Sequence record: MZ475891.1
DNA: 64,000 bases
Direction: 5' to 3' (one strand)
Part shown: piece by piece, positions 44,058 through 53,256 of the stretch
How positions within the stretch are numbered: the first letter of the stretch is position 1
Layout of the letters: the number at the start of each line of letters is the position of its first letter
Position numbers and translations under genes: made by a program
The notes under the pieces: generated by a model
The model's input: the letters and a program-made list of their open reading frames with translations, nothing else
Databases searched by the model: none
Told to the model about the DNA's origin: nothing

Positions 44058-44775
44058 CATTAAATTCGGTAGTCCATTGCCTGATATGGCGCAGAAGTTA
44101 GGCGAAGAAATCATCAAAGGCCGTATCGCAATCCCCAACACTCTGTGGGATTTGCATATTCAGTCTAATGTGCAGCTTCGTCCTATGACTGAGTTGGATA
44201 TGGCTCTGACAAATACGCTGAACGGCTCATGGACTTACGTGCCCAAATACTTGGGTCCAGCGCGAGCAATGCGTCAGGCATACAGCTTAGGCCGAACTGT
44301 GACAAGCGATGAGCCTCGTGCAGGCTATGAATTGCTGTTGAACCAAATGACCCGTCAGGCGGAGCAGCAATTCTTCTACAAGCCGCTGGGTGTGTTGCGC
44401 GATCATCTGCTCATTGACGGTAAAATCCGTATGCCTAAACGCTGGCATGTTGAGATTGGTCCGAAGTTTGCACTGACTGTTGCCTCTTCCTCGTTTGAGT
44501 TGTTCCTCAATCAGGTAGATCACCAGGAAATGCTGCGTACCGTGTATGATATGCTATCGAGTGCGCTGGATAATAACGATCCCGCGAATGCACCACACGT
44601 GGTGTGCTCTGATAGCTCCCGTGGTCCTACGGAGGTGCATGTGCTATCAGAGCAAGCAACTCCACCAGCAGGGTCTGTCAATATGACCAATATTTTCAGA
44701 TTCCTGTTGCACCCAATCGGTCATGATCTGACGCAAGACAGACTTCAGGACTATTTGGAATCTGTAAATAACTGA
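44038..44775 (+). CDS. Hypothetical protein
   Basis: 245-aa ORF. Confidence 0.7.
   Translation: MTSNLSDIKFGSPLPDMAQKLGEEIIKGRIAIPNTLWDLHIQSNVQLRPMTELDMALTNTLNGSWTYVPKYLGPARAMRQAYSLGRTVTSDEPRAGYELLLNQMTRQAEQQFFYKPLGVLRDHLLIDGKIRMPKRWHVEIGPKFALTVASSSFELFLNQVDHQEMLRTVYDMLSSALDNNDPANAPHVVCSDSSRGPTEVHVLSEQATPPAGSVNMTNIFRFLLHPIGHDLTQDRLQDYLESVNN
44762..44769 (+). promoter_or_regulatory. CTGTAAAT motif (putative phage promoter)
   Basis: 51 nt upstream of the 44821 start. Confidence 0.5.
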
Positions 44776-44820
44776 TGTAAGCAAGCGCCACTCTTTTAAT
44801 CTAATGTTAAGGAATAAGTA

Positions 44821-45486
44821 ATGTCTGAGAAAACTAGCGGTATCGCTAAAGCACCTAAATCTCGCAACGGTGCAATGATCTCCCAAACGTATGCAGGCGC
44901 AGAAGTTGGTTCTGCCCGTGCTCCAGGTATCAGCACTGCTGGCTCTATCGTCAATCGCATCAACAATCTGTCCAATGAAGCGTATTCTTTACGCGACACT
45001 CTGCGTCAGATTGGTGTTATCGTAGAAGTGCCCGCTAAAGGTTCTGCGGGTGAAGCTAAAGCTGCCGCGCCTTCTATGCTGCTGGACGTTATCAAAACCG
45101 AACTGGGCGACGTTGTGCGTTTCACACAGAATGTGGTGAACGAAGCCGTCCATGGTGCTGATTGCGGTCACGAAGACAAAGACTGCGGTGAGGAAGAAGA
45201 TAAAGAGAACGAAGGCTCTATCCTCTCTACCGAATATGGCCGCACTATCTTCTACGCCGTTGGTCGCACTACTGATCGTCTGAGCGATATTCGTCGTCAG
45301 GTGGAAACAATCGACCGCACGTTCTTTGGCGATAAGCCGAATGACAACGTTAGCCGTGTGCAGAACAGCTCCGAATCTGTTGTTGCTTCGGTTAGCGTCC
45401 TGATCGACAACCTCGATGACACCATCGTCGCTATCCAGCGTCTGAACGGTGATCTGCGTGCTAACATTCTGGGTGAGAACGTTTAA
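44821..45486 (+). CDS. Hypothetical helical protein
   Basis: 221-aa ORF with AAGGA RBS. Confidence 0.7.
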   Translation: MSEKTSGIAKAPKSRNGAMISQTYAGAEVGSARAPGISTAGSIVNRINNLSNEAYSLRDTLRQIGVIVEVPAKGSAGEAKAAAPSMLLDVIKTELGDVVRFTQNVVNEAVHGADCGHEDKDCGEEEDKENEGSILSTEYGRTIFYAVGRTTDRLSDIRRQVETIDRTFFGDKPNDNVSRVQNSSESVVASVSVLIDNLDDTIVAIQRLNGDLRANILGENV

Positions 45487-45488
45487 TT

Positions 45489-46406
45489 ATGATTGATTGG
45501 TCACAAGTAAACGTGAAGTGGGAAGAGGGCACTAACGGTGTTCACGTTCCCTATGTACTTGAGCGCGGCCCGAAAGGTCGTTTCGTAAAACGCTACCTGA
45601 CTGACGCTGAGCAGAACGAATACAAACGTTCGCATCATAGTGCAAGCGTATCAGCCTCATCTGATCCAGTTAATCTGAGCGCAGGTGAGGCTGGTCCTGT
45701 GGGTCCTGGTCCTTGTCCGCAGGGTCCTGCTAATGCATACGACCCAGCCCCTGAGCCTCTGTACGAAAGCGATGTTGATCTGGGTGCTGCTACACGTCTG
45801 GCACGGCGTAGCACAACGCTGTTGCTGTCTGTGCAACGTCTATCTGCTGCGCTGTATGACTTCGGTCTGATCTACGATAACTCGTTTGCAGAGATTATCA
45901 ACCGCGCTAAATCGCTTAACCAAAATCAGGAAGCGGACTCAAGTTCGCCTACTCAGGCTGATTACAACGACACTGATTCTAACTTCCTGCGTCTGGCTGG
46001 CTTGTTAAATCACTCGTGGTATATGGATCGCGGCGCTTCTCCTGCGCGTGTTATCGGTAACTATGCTGCACCAACTCTGGTGACGTTGCAGTATCTGCTG
46101 GGTCTGGCGCTGCCTGATTCTGATTGCTGCATCCGTGCTTCTCACGACGAGCTGATGTTCCGCACCGATGCACAGCAAGTGCCTGCGCTGGCTAACGATC
46201 TGCTGAACGAATACAACCACATTCAGTCATGCATCACTGCGCTGTGTCAGAACCTGGCGGGCCATGATATTCCACAGTCTGGCGGCGACATGCAGTACCC
46301 ACAGAATGCGTCTATCATCGAATACGTCAGCGGCGTTGATGATCTGATTAGCTATCTGGTTGAACGTGTTGATGCCCTGTCTGAGATTATCGAAGGCACG
46401 ATGTAA
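45489..46406 (+). CDS. Hypothetical protein
   Basis: 305-aa ORF, last plus-strand gene. Confidence 0.7.
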   Translation: MIDWSQVNVKWEEGTNGVHVPYVLERGPKGRFVKRYLTDAEQNEYKRSHHSASVSASSDPVNLSAGEAGPVGPGPCPQGPANAYDPAPEPLYESDVDLGAATRLARRSTTLLLSVQRLSAALYDFGLIYDNSFAEIINRAKSLNQNQEADSSSPTQADYNDTDSNFLRLAGLLNHSWYMDRGASPARVIGNYAAPTLVTLQYLLGLALPDSDCCIRASHDELMFRTDAQQVPALANDLLNEYNHIQSCITALCQNLAGHDIPQSGGDMQYPQNASIIEYVSGVDDLISYLVERVDALSEIIEGTM

Positions 46407-46423
46407 CAACAGTTTGGACAAAT

Positions 46424-46461
46424 AAAAAGGGCGACTCTCAATCACGAGGGCCGCCCTTTTT
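46424..46461. terminator. Bidirectional terminator between convergent gene blocks
   Basis: AAAAAGGGCG...CGCCCTTTTT. Confidence 0.8.
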
Positions 46462-46464
46462 CGA

Positions 46465-46932
46465 TCACAACGCCAATCCAATCCCTATCGCTGCAACAAT
46501 ACGCGTAAACCAAATCTGCATGTTGGCCGACTTCTGGTCTTCTATACGCGCCTTCCTTTCTGCTGCTAAGTCTTCGGAATAACCGTTAGCACGCACCTCT
46601 TCGGCTTGTGCAAGTCTCAGCAACTTGTTGCGCTCATCAATCGTCAGGTTAAGAGTCTCAAGCAGCTTGTTACGCTCCTCAGTTCTGTCCTTACCTGCCT
46701 TGTACAGATTTATTAGATCAACCATCCCTTTCTTGTCCAGAGTTGCCAGCTTCTGATCGTCAACTTGCTTGAGCACAATCTGAGGCTTGGCAGGAACCTT
46801 TTCTGATTCCCACTGGACTTTGTTGATCTGCTGAACATCCTGCATGGTAGTCTTTTTCTGAGCATCAATATTACTCAGATTGGACGAACATCCGCACAGA
46901 ATAAGGCACAACAGCACAATGATAGTTTTCAT
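46465..46932 (-). CDS. Spanin-like lipoprotein (lipobox plus C-terminal TM)
   Basis: Signal MKTIIVLLCLILCG-C-SS; coiled-coil body; C-terminal IWFTRIVAAIGIGLAL. Confidence 0.6.
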   Translation of the reverse strand: MKTIIVLLCLILCGCSSNLSNIDAQKKTTMQDVQQINKVQWESEKVPAKPQIVLKQVDDQKLATLDKKGMVDLINLYKAGKDRTEERNKLLETLNLTIDERNKLLRLAQAEEVRANGYSEDLAAERKARIEDQKSANMQIWFTRIVAAIGIGLAL

Positions 46933-47234
46933 AGCTTGTTGTATTTCTCCGCCAGATCATCCATAGAATCGTTTTCAGATGCGGGCTTAGGGTCAGTCTC
47001 AGGCTTCCGTTCGTTCAAGCCCGCCACAGCATCGTTGACAGTCTTGCTGTCTTGGACCTGATTGGCGATAGCTTGTTCTCGCGTATTCTCTGCGGCTTTC
47101 TCTTCACCTGACGTGATTGATTCACTCGCTTTCGGACGACGAAAGAAAAGTGCAGCAACAATCAACACGACTACTGAGGCGAAAATCTTCCAGTACTTCT
47201 TAAAAATTTCAATAGCCTTCGACATACCAATCAC
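46929..47234 (-). CDS. i-spanin-like single-TM protein
   Basis: N-terminal TM followed by a charged periplasmic tail; overlaps the lipoprotein start. Confidence 0.55.
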   Translation of the reverse strand: MIGMSKAIEIFKKYWKIFASVVVLIVAALFFRRPKASESITSGEEKAAENTREQAIANQVQDSKTVNDAVAGLNERKPETDPKPASENDSMDDLAEKYNKL

Positions 47235-47555
47235 CTATTGGTTGTTATCGTTCTGATCAGTGTTCTGACCGTCAGCATCTTCTTTCTTTGACTTGGAGAT
47301 TTGAGTGTTAATCAAGTTCTCTACCGTAAAAGCAAGAGAGAAATAGGTAAGATGATCTGTTTGGCCACTGCGAATCAAACTAATCATCATGCCTGTAGAG
47401 ACGCATAGTGCCGCGATACTTGCGACAGGATTGAGCGTCCAGTACTCTTTCCATCCCAAGTGTTCACGTCGCGTCTTAACGATATAGTTCATCAACACTC
47501 CGCCGATGTATGTGCAGGTGAAGGCGAAAATATCGGTATACGACAAATGCTCCAT
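47235..47555 (-). CDS. Putative holin
   Basis: 106 aa with 2-3 hydrophobic segments and a charged C-terminus, upstream of spanin-like genes. Confidence 0.5.
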   Translation of the reverse strand: MEHLSYTDIFAFTCTYIGGVLMNYIVKTRREHLGWKEYWTLNPVASIAALCVSTGMMISLIRSGQTDHLTYFSLAFTVENLINTQISKSKKEDADGQNTDQNDNNQ

Positions 47556-47576
47556 TGATCAATACTCCGTATCGAC

Positions 47577-47604
47577 AAAAGAAAAGGGAAGCCGAAGCCT
47601 CCCT
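47577..47604 (-). terminator. Rho-independent terminator
   Basis: Minus strand GGGAGGC-TTCG-GCTTCCC-TTTT. Confidence 0.75.
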
Positions 47605-47610
47605 CATGTA

Positions 47611-47850
47611 TCACAGCTGATCAGCGGTAATCTGACCTGCTTGATATAGTTCACGTTTGCGTTCTTTCCATGTAGATGATACTTCTGAGAAGAACTCTTT
47701 CAGACGGTCGTCATCTAGCTCGAACGGCTGATCAACACCATACTTGGTACATAAGGCATTGAACGTGGATTGGTATTCAGATTGCAGCAAGGACTTACCA
47801 GCACTAACTGACGTATATTCCTTAGCTGCCAAAGCAACTCGAATTTGCAT
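47611..47850 (-). CDS. Hypothetical protein
   Basis: 79 aa with GAGGAG RBS. Confidence 0.7.
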   Translation of the reverse strand: MQIRVALAAKEYTSVSAGKSLLQSEYQSTFNALCTKYGVDQPFELDDDRLKEFFSEVSSTWKERKRELYQAGQITADQL

Positions 47851-47885
47851 AACAGGCTCCTCGTATTAGACTCTAGTAAATTAGC

Positions 47886-48491
47886 TTACTTGAAAGTAAT
47901 AACGAGGTCGTTGATTACTGTGGCTTTCGACTGATCATTGCCTGTTGTAGCGTTGGCATAGACCTTACCACCAGCAATGCGAAGCTCTGCGCTGCTGTTC
48001 TCGTTACCCACTGAACCCACTGCAATGAAGTCGCAGTAGTATGAAGCGGTAGGCAAGCCTGTTGTCAGATTCAGCGCTAACGAACCACCAGCAACAAGCG
48101 CGAACCACGTAGGCGTTGCATCCTTAGTGATATAGCTGTTACGGGTGTCTGTGTTAGCAGCAACCAGTTTGGTGTTCATGGCGGCACCGAGAGTAATCGG
48201 TACGTTGCTTGCCATGAGAGTCATGTTAGGCTTTAAGCCACCAATACCACCAACGTAGTCTGCGTTGCGTGCGGTCAGGAACGAAGTCAGGTTCTGATAA
48301 GCTGCGTTCGAGCCTGCGTGCTGCGTAGCGCCGTTCAGGAAAGCATTCATCTCAGCTTTAGTTGGCTGAGTACCTGTGAACAGCAACACTGCCACGTTCA
48401 TTGAAGCATACGCGGTAGGCACAGAGCCAGACACATATGTTGAGATAGCGTTGCGCTGCATTGCGTTTGCTGTAGCTGGTAACATTCTCAT
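47886..48491 (-). CDS. Putative virion structural protein (short paralog class)
   Basis: LLFTGTQPT, ATPTWF, GSVGNENS.AELRI.GG. Confidence 0.65.
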   Translation of the reverse strand: MRMLPATANAMQRNAISTYVSGSVPTAYASMNVAVLLFTGTQPTKAEMNAFLNGATQHAGSNAAYQNLTSFLTARNADYVGGIGGLKPNMTLMASNVPITLGAAMNTKLVAANTDTRNSYITKDATPTWFALVAGGSLALNLTTGLPTASYYCDFIAVGSVGNENSSAELRIAGGKVYANATTGNDQSKATVINDLVITFK

Positions 48492-49393
48492 TACACACTC
48501 TCCAGGAAGTTATCAGCGATGCGGAACGACAGGTCAGGCACAGCTTGCTGTGTGAACTTACCTATGTTAGGCACACCCAGCGTCATATCTGTAGGCACGT
48601 CAAGCACCAGACCGTAATAGTCGTCTGCAACGTTACCCAGATAGTTGTTCGCGCCAGAAGGCATAGCAAGCAGCAACGGAACCAACACAACGTGCGTGAG
48701 AGCAGCGCTAACGTATTCACTGGACCGTTCTGCATACAGCGTGAAGGACTGATAGGCTGTGGTTGCTGTCTTGCATGTGATGCGAATACGACGAGTAGTA
48801 ATGTCCAAACCATCGTTCATGCCTTGAGCAAGCCCTGTGATTGACGTCCACACGTTGTTGCTGTCCAGATAGCTAATGTCAAACCAACCACTGCTTGGAA
48901 GCTGTGCAGAGTTAATCATCATACCACGTATATGCAACGAGCGACCGTAATCGTACTCAACCACATCGCCTAACGCCCATGAAGGAGAAACAGGGCTGGT
49001 GAAGTCGAATGCGGCAGAGAGCTGTGCGCACACTTGCTGGGGCGTGTTGTTCGTACCAATAGCAGGCGTGAGGCGCGAATACTCAGGGTAAGTAGCAAAC
49101 GTATCAACAGACGCACCAGCAATGAACTGAGTGCGTTTCTGGCCATAGCCGCCAATAGGAAGCATTGAACGACCACGACTGAACTGACGAGTCAACAGGC
49201 CATTTGCTTCTGTGCCTTGAGACTGGAACTTATATTCCACAGCACAACGTGAGCTTGCAATCAAGTCCATGAGTGTGCGTGGAATGGATGCGCTACTACC
49301 GTTACGGAAGAAAGCAGCAAACCCGCTAGAGTTAGCAGCCGTGCCTACTGTCTGTAGGAACTGGTATAGCGCAACTTTTTCAGAGACTAACAT
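48491..49393 (-). CDS. Putative virion structural protein (long paralog class, discoidin-like insert)
   Basis: VVEYDYG..., FDISY.D....W, RRIRI. Confidence 0.6.
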   Translation of the reverse strand: MLVSEKVALYQFLQTVGTAANSSGFAAFFRNGSSASIPRTLMDLIASSRCAVEYKFQSQGTEANGLLTRQFSRGRSMLPIGGYGQKRTQFIAGASVDTFATYPEYSRLTPAIGTNNTPQQVCAQLSAAFDFTSPVSPSWALGDVVEYDYGRSLHIRGMMINSAQLPSSGWFDISYLDSNNVWTSITGLAQGMNDGLDITTRRIRITCKTATTAYQSFTLYAERSSEYVSAALTHVVLVPLLLAMPSGANNYLGNVADDYYGLVLDVPTDMTLGVPNIGKFTQQAVPDLSFRIADNFLESV

Positions 49394-49402
49394 CGTGCCT
49401 CC

Positions 49403-49933
49403 TTAGAGCTTGATGCGAATGTCAGATGGACGCAAGGCAACGTTAGCAGTTACGGTACCGCCAACGATTTTAAGATCCGCTGTGGAGTTCTCATCGCCGA
49501 CAGTTCCCCAGACCAACGCACTGCACGTAGTAGATGCAGACCAGTTTGCAAAAGCAGATCCCGCTGAGGCCGCTGCACACAGACGCATCATGAACCAAGT
49601 AGGCGTACCTGACGTGGCAATCACAAAGTTGTTAGCCTGAGAACTGAGAGGTATAACAAGCGACAGCGCATCTGGGTCGATAGTCGGTACGATAGACAGG
49701 CACGCTAGGTCACCGAGAAAGTTTGACGCTGTAGCGAAAGGTGCAACCGCAGCAGCCGTCCACGTAGGCAGCTGGCTGGAGCCCAACAGAGCAAGGATCT
49801 GATCGTCTGTAGGCATAGTTCCGTTGAACAGACCTACATGCAGCACGTTGTCCAACATAGTTGAGTTAGGAACAAAACGCAGCAGCAGGTTGACCAAACT
49901 CTGGTTACTATTAAAAGAAGCAGATACACGCAT
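49403..49933 (-). CDS. Putative virion structural protein (short paralog class)
   Basis: LHVGLFNGTMPT, GTPTWF, GTVGDENSTADLKIVGG; start ATG 49933. Confidence 0.65.
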   Translation of the reverse strand: MRVSASFNSNQSLVNLLLRFVPNSTMLDNVLHVGLFNGTMPTDDQILALLGSSQLPTWTAAAVAPFATASNFLGDLACLSIVPTIDPDALSLVIPLSSQANNFVIATSGTPTWFMMRLCAAASAGSAFANWSASTTCSALVWGTVGDENSTADLKIVGGTVTANVALRPSDIRIKL

Positions 49934-50997
49934 TAGTAGTTCTCCAGAGTTACAGGACGCAGGTTGATAACAAGACTCGGGCACAGTTGCTCCTGTGCAG
50001 GAATCACAGTCGCGTCAGGCATAAGAATGTCGTTTGATGCAGAGACTTTCAGATCGTCTGTCACGCTAAGGCCAAAGTGGTTGAAGACACGCCCGTAGTT
50101 ATACCCAGACTGGTTCGACACCGCAGGGATAGCAGTGAATGACGTGGCAAAAGCAAACAAGCATCCCACCATGTGACCGATTTTACTCAGGGTACGCGGT
50201 GAAGCGCCTGAAACGTAATCGCCATAGAAGTGCAACGCGAACTGACCAAAGCCCGTAGACCACTGAGTCGCTACGTTAGCAGCTTTAGTGACTAAACGGA
50301 AGCGACGGCCAGTAACAGTTGAAGGCAACTGGAAGTATTTCTCCGAGGCTGCGCTGGCGTTGAACAGGTTAGCTGTTACGCTAGTAACGTCAGTCCAGCT
50401 ACTGCCATTCTGCACCTGCAGGAAGACCATATACGGAGCAGATGAGACCAAGACGTTGTTGCTGCCTGTAGCGAACGTCAATGACGCCAGAGAGTTGATA
50501 GCAACATCAGCACCAAAATCGTACTCAGCAATCGTCCACGAACCATCTGTGTTCTGCACACGAGGTTGAGGTAGAGAAGCTGTAGCATTCGCTGGGAATG
50601 GCAGAAGGTTAGCGACGGTAGTTGATGCACAGCGGTGTGCCAGAATCGTGAAGAAGATTTGGTCTAACTGTAAGGCAACGTTGGTCAATGAGTTTTGCGA
50701 CAGCACGTTCGCATAGTCTGTGCTATACGTAGGCAGATTCACTTTAGGCAACACGCGTTTGCCACGATAACCTTGAACAGTAGTCCACGCTGGTGCAGGA
50801 GATACCTGATATGCTGTCACTGTGTTCGGCGTAGCTGTGAACTGACCGCCACTTGGAGCCGCTGTAAAAGAACGCGCAGACAGCATGTTGTTCAGCACTG
50901 TTTGTAGATCATAGTTCAAGGGGTCAGGCATAGCCCCCTCAAGGAATGCGCCGTAGATTTGCTGCGTGGTACTCGAATTAAATGGAGCGAGTTTCAT
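49933..50997 (-). CDS. Putative virion structural protein (long paralog class)
   Basis: IAEYDFGADV, LQVQNG.SW, RRFRLV; start ATG 50997. Confidence 0.65.
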   Translation of the reverse strand: MKLAPFNSSTTQQIYGAFLEGAMPDPLNYDLQTVLNNMLSARSFTAAPSGGQFTATPNTVTAYQVSPAPAWTTVQGYRGKRVLPKVNLPTYSTDYANVLSQNSLTNVALQLDQIFFTILAHRCASTTVANLLPFPANATASLPQPRVQNTDGSWTIAEYDFGADVAINSLASLTFATGSNNVLVSSAPYMVFLQVQNGSSWTDVTSVTANLFNASAASEKYFQLPSTVTGRRFRLVTKAANVATQWSTGFGQFALHFYGDYVSGASPRTLSKIGHMVGCLFAFATSFTAIPAVSNQSGYNYGRVFNHFGLSVTDDLKVSASNDILMPDATVIPAQEQLCPSLVINLRPVTLENY

Positions 50998-51024
50998 ATT
51001 ATGCCCTTGTGTTGAAGACACATC

Positions 51025-51060
51025 AAATTAATGTGTGCGGCACATATGGCACCGCACACA
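51025..51060 (-). terminator. Possible terminator hairpin
   Basis: TGTGTGCGG/CCGCACACA 9-bp stem followed by TTAATTT on the minus strand. Confidence 0.45.
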
Positions 51061-51063
51061 ATC

Positions 51064-51594
51064 TTATACCTGGAACGACAGATCGAGGAAGCGATATGCC
51101 TGACTGGTCTTAATCGTGCCGCCGATGAACTGTAGTTCAGCATCAGAGCCTTCTGCACCAACAGTGCCGATAATCACAGGCCCTGCAAGCAGCGTACCAG
51201 GAGAAGACGTTAGCATGAAGTTAGCCCACGAAGCCACAGCAGCCGCACCAGCAGCGGCAACGATACGAGCTACGAAGTAGGTAGGTGTACCATCAGCCAC
51301 GCCAACAAGTGTACGACTACTACCCGCAAGAGGCAGAGAGATTGTACGAGATGAAGGGTTGACAGAAGGTGTAAGGTTATCAATGGCGATAGAGCCAAGG
51401 AAGTTAGCCTGCGTCAAACCTAAACCTGTACCACCCAGCACGTTCCAACCCGAAGTCAGAGACATAGCCATGAGATTTTTCATCTGAGGCTTAGTGCCTT
51501 TAAACAGACCGATATGCAACGTATTTGCAGCAATTGCGGTAGCGGGAAACACTGAGTTCAGTTGAGCCAAAGAAAGGCCACGGTTACTAATCAT
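51064..51594 (-). CDS. Putative virion structural protein (short paralog class)
   Basis: LHIGLFKGTKP, GTPTYF, GTVGAEGSDAELQFIGG. Confidence 0.65.
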   Translation of the reverse strand: MISNRGLSLAQLNSVFPATAIAANTLHIGLFKGTKPQMKNLMAMSLTSGWNVLGGTGLGLTQANFLGSIAIDNLTPSVNPSSRTISLPLAGSSRTLVGVADGTPTYFVARIVAAAGAAAVASWANFMLTSSPGTLLAGPVIIGTVGAEGSDAELQFIGGTIKTSQAYRFLDLSFQV

Positions 51595-52667
51595 ACGCCT
51601 CTCCCTACGATTGCGTCAGCACGAACTTTGAAAGCAGGTACAGGCACGTCCGTAAACTTATCCAGCGTGTAAGTTGCGTCACGCATGTAAATATCCGAAG
51701 TCGCGGCTTTCGTCAGGTCATCTGTGATAGTCACGTGGAACATCGCGCAGTAACGGCCAAGCACTGTAGTAATAGCAGCAGGATAGTTGAAAGCCCACTC
51801 AGTGGTAGTAGTATAGCCCGCGGCAGGGATTACATGCAGCATAGTCATGTGCTTGTACTTGCCCAATGTACGTGGCTTGGTAGTGGTATAGTTGCCAAAG
51901 AAATGCAAACCAAACGGATAGTGACCAACAGTAGACCACGGGAAGGTCGGGTTCTTATTCACTACGCGGAACTTCTGCGCTTTAACAGAAGCAGGAAGAA
52001 CGTAATGATTCGAACCGTAGTTAGTGGACACACGGGTAGCTGCGTATACGTCCACTGCATCTATCCACTGCCCGTCAACTTGAGCCTGCAAAATAGTTTG
52101 CTGGGTATTCGTTATCATGTACGTGCTGTTGGTAGAACCACATGTTGTGCCGAGGATGCTCTTGAGTTCAATCTCTGCACCGAAGTCGTACTCAGCACAC
52201 AGCCACCAGCCTTCCGCAGTTGTGTTATAGATATTACTTAACACGCGGTTGCCTGATGTAGAGAAGGCAACAATCGTATCAAAGTGATGCGCAATCATCG
52301 CAGCAGCTACAGCCTCGTTGTAATACTGAGCCTGAATAGAGAAACGCTGATCGATAGGTGCGAAACGAATTTTAGGCACGATACGCTTAGCACCAGCAGG
52401 CACGGCAATAGCTGAGTTACGTGCAACGGTTTCGATCCAAGAAGGAACAAAGTTGTTACCGCTAAACGTTGTATTGCTAATGCTTGGCGTAAACTGAGAA
52501 GCGATTGGCGATCCAATACGCGCCATGTTAAACAGACGTATAGCAACAGCTTCATTGAATGCGCTGTGAATCCCTTTCTCACCATCGGCAGGAGCATCAG
52601 TATCATAGAGCAGACCAAAATACTGAGCGTTGCCTGACAGCAGAGGGTTGTACGGTAGAATCTCCAT
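51591..52667 (-). CDS. Putative virion structural protein (long paralog class)
   Basis: CAEYDFGAEI, LQAQVDGQW, QKFRVV. Confidence 0.65.
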   Translation of the reverse strand: MEILPYNPLLSGNAQYFGLLYDTDAPADGEKGIHSAFNEAVAIRLFNMARIGSPIASQFTPSISNTTFSGNNFVPSWIETVARNSAIAVPAGAKRIVPKIRFAPIDQRFSIQAQYYNEAVAAAMIAHHFDTIVAFSTSGNRVLSNIYNTTAEGWWLCAEYDFGAEIELKSILGTTCGSTNSTYMITNTQQTILQAQVDGQWIDAVDVYAATRVSTNYGSNHYVLPASVKAQKFRVVNKNPTFPWSTVGHYPFGLHFFGNYTTTKPRTLGKYKHMTMLHVIPAAGYTTTTEWAFNYPAAITTVLGRYCAMFHVTITDDLTKAATSDIYMRDATYTLDKFTDVPVPAFKVRADAIVGRGV

Positions 52668-52674
52668 AATGTCC

Positions 52675-53256
52675 TCAGCTAAAAGTTATGTTATTGAGAA
52701 CGATAGGACCGCTCAGTGTATAGGTACCATCACCGTTGTCAGTCAGAGTCGCACCCATCTGAGTCAGGTCAGCAGGCGTAAGCTCAACAACTGAGGGTAT
52801 CGCAGTTGTTGTACCGATGGCGGCAACACCACTAAGGAACAAATACATGCGATTGAACGGTTGCGTGTATGTGATGCGACCCAAGTTCTGAATCAGAATA
52901 TCCAACATGCGAGTACCATCACCCTGATTGATGATACGCGCAGCGTTAGAACTGGAATTCACGACTGCGCTCATCGTACAGTTAACGCCAGCAGCATTCA
53001 GCGCTGTGCTCAGAGCATTGATCGTGATGTTCGACGCATACAGCGTATTCCAAATAGAGTCTGGAATGGTATCGCCTGTAGAGAAAAGAATAGCTGCTCC
53101 TACTTCTGTACTGTAAGGAGCGCCGCCACCTTGCACAGCAACAGCATTATAGGGAGTCACTAGTGCTGGCACCCAAGGCGCATCCACTGGAGAACTTGAG
53201 TTGTTAGAACTCAGAGCATCACCACGCATGTTCATCATGGCTTTAGAAATATACAT
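52675..53256 (-). CDS. Putative virion structural protein (short class, divergent)
   Basis: 193 aa, same position within the repeating long-short unit. Confidence 0.55.
   Translation of the reverse strand: MYISKAMMNMRGDALSSNNSSSPVDAPWVPALVTPYNAVAVQGGGAPYSTEVGAAILFSTGDTIPDSIWNTLYASNITINALSTALNAAGVNCTMSAVVNSSSNAARIINQGDGTRMLDILIQNLGRITYTQPFNRMYLFLSGVAAIGTTTAIPSVVELTPADLTQMGATLTDNGDGTYTLSGPIVLNNITFS

Noticed and set aside
44821-46406. The two last plus-strand genes as paralogs
   Set aside because: They share a helical, amphipathic pattern, but I could not align a convincing conserved motif by eye.
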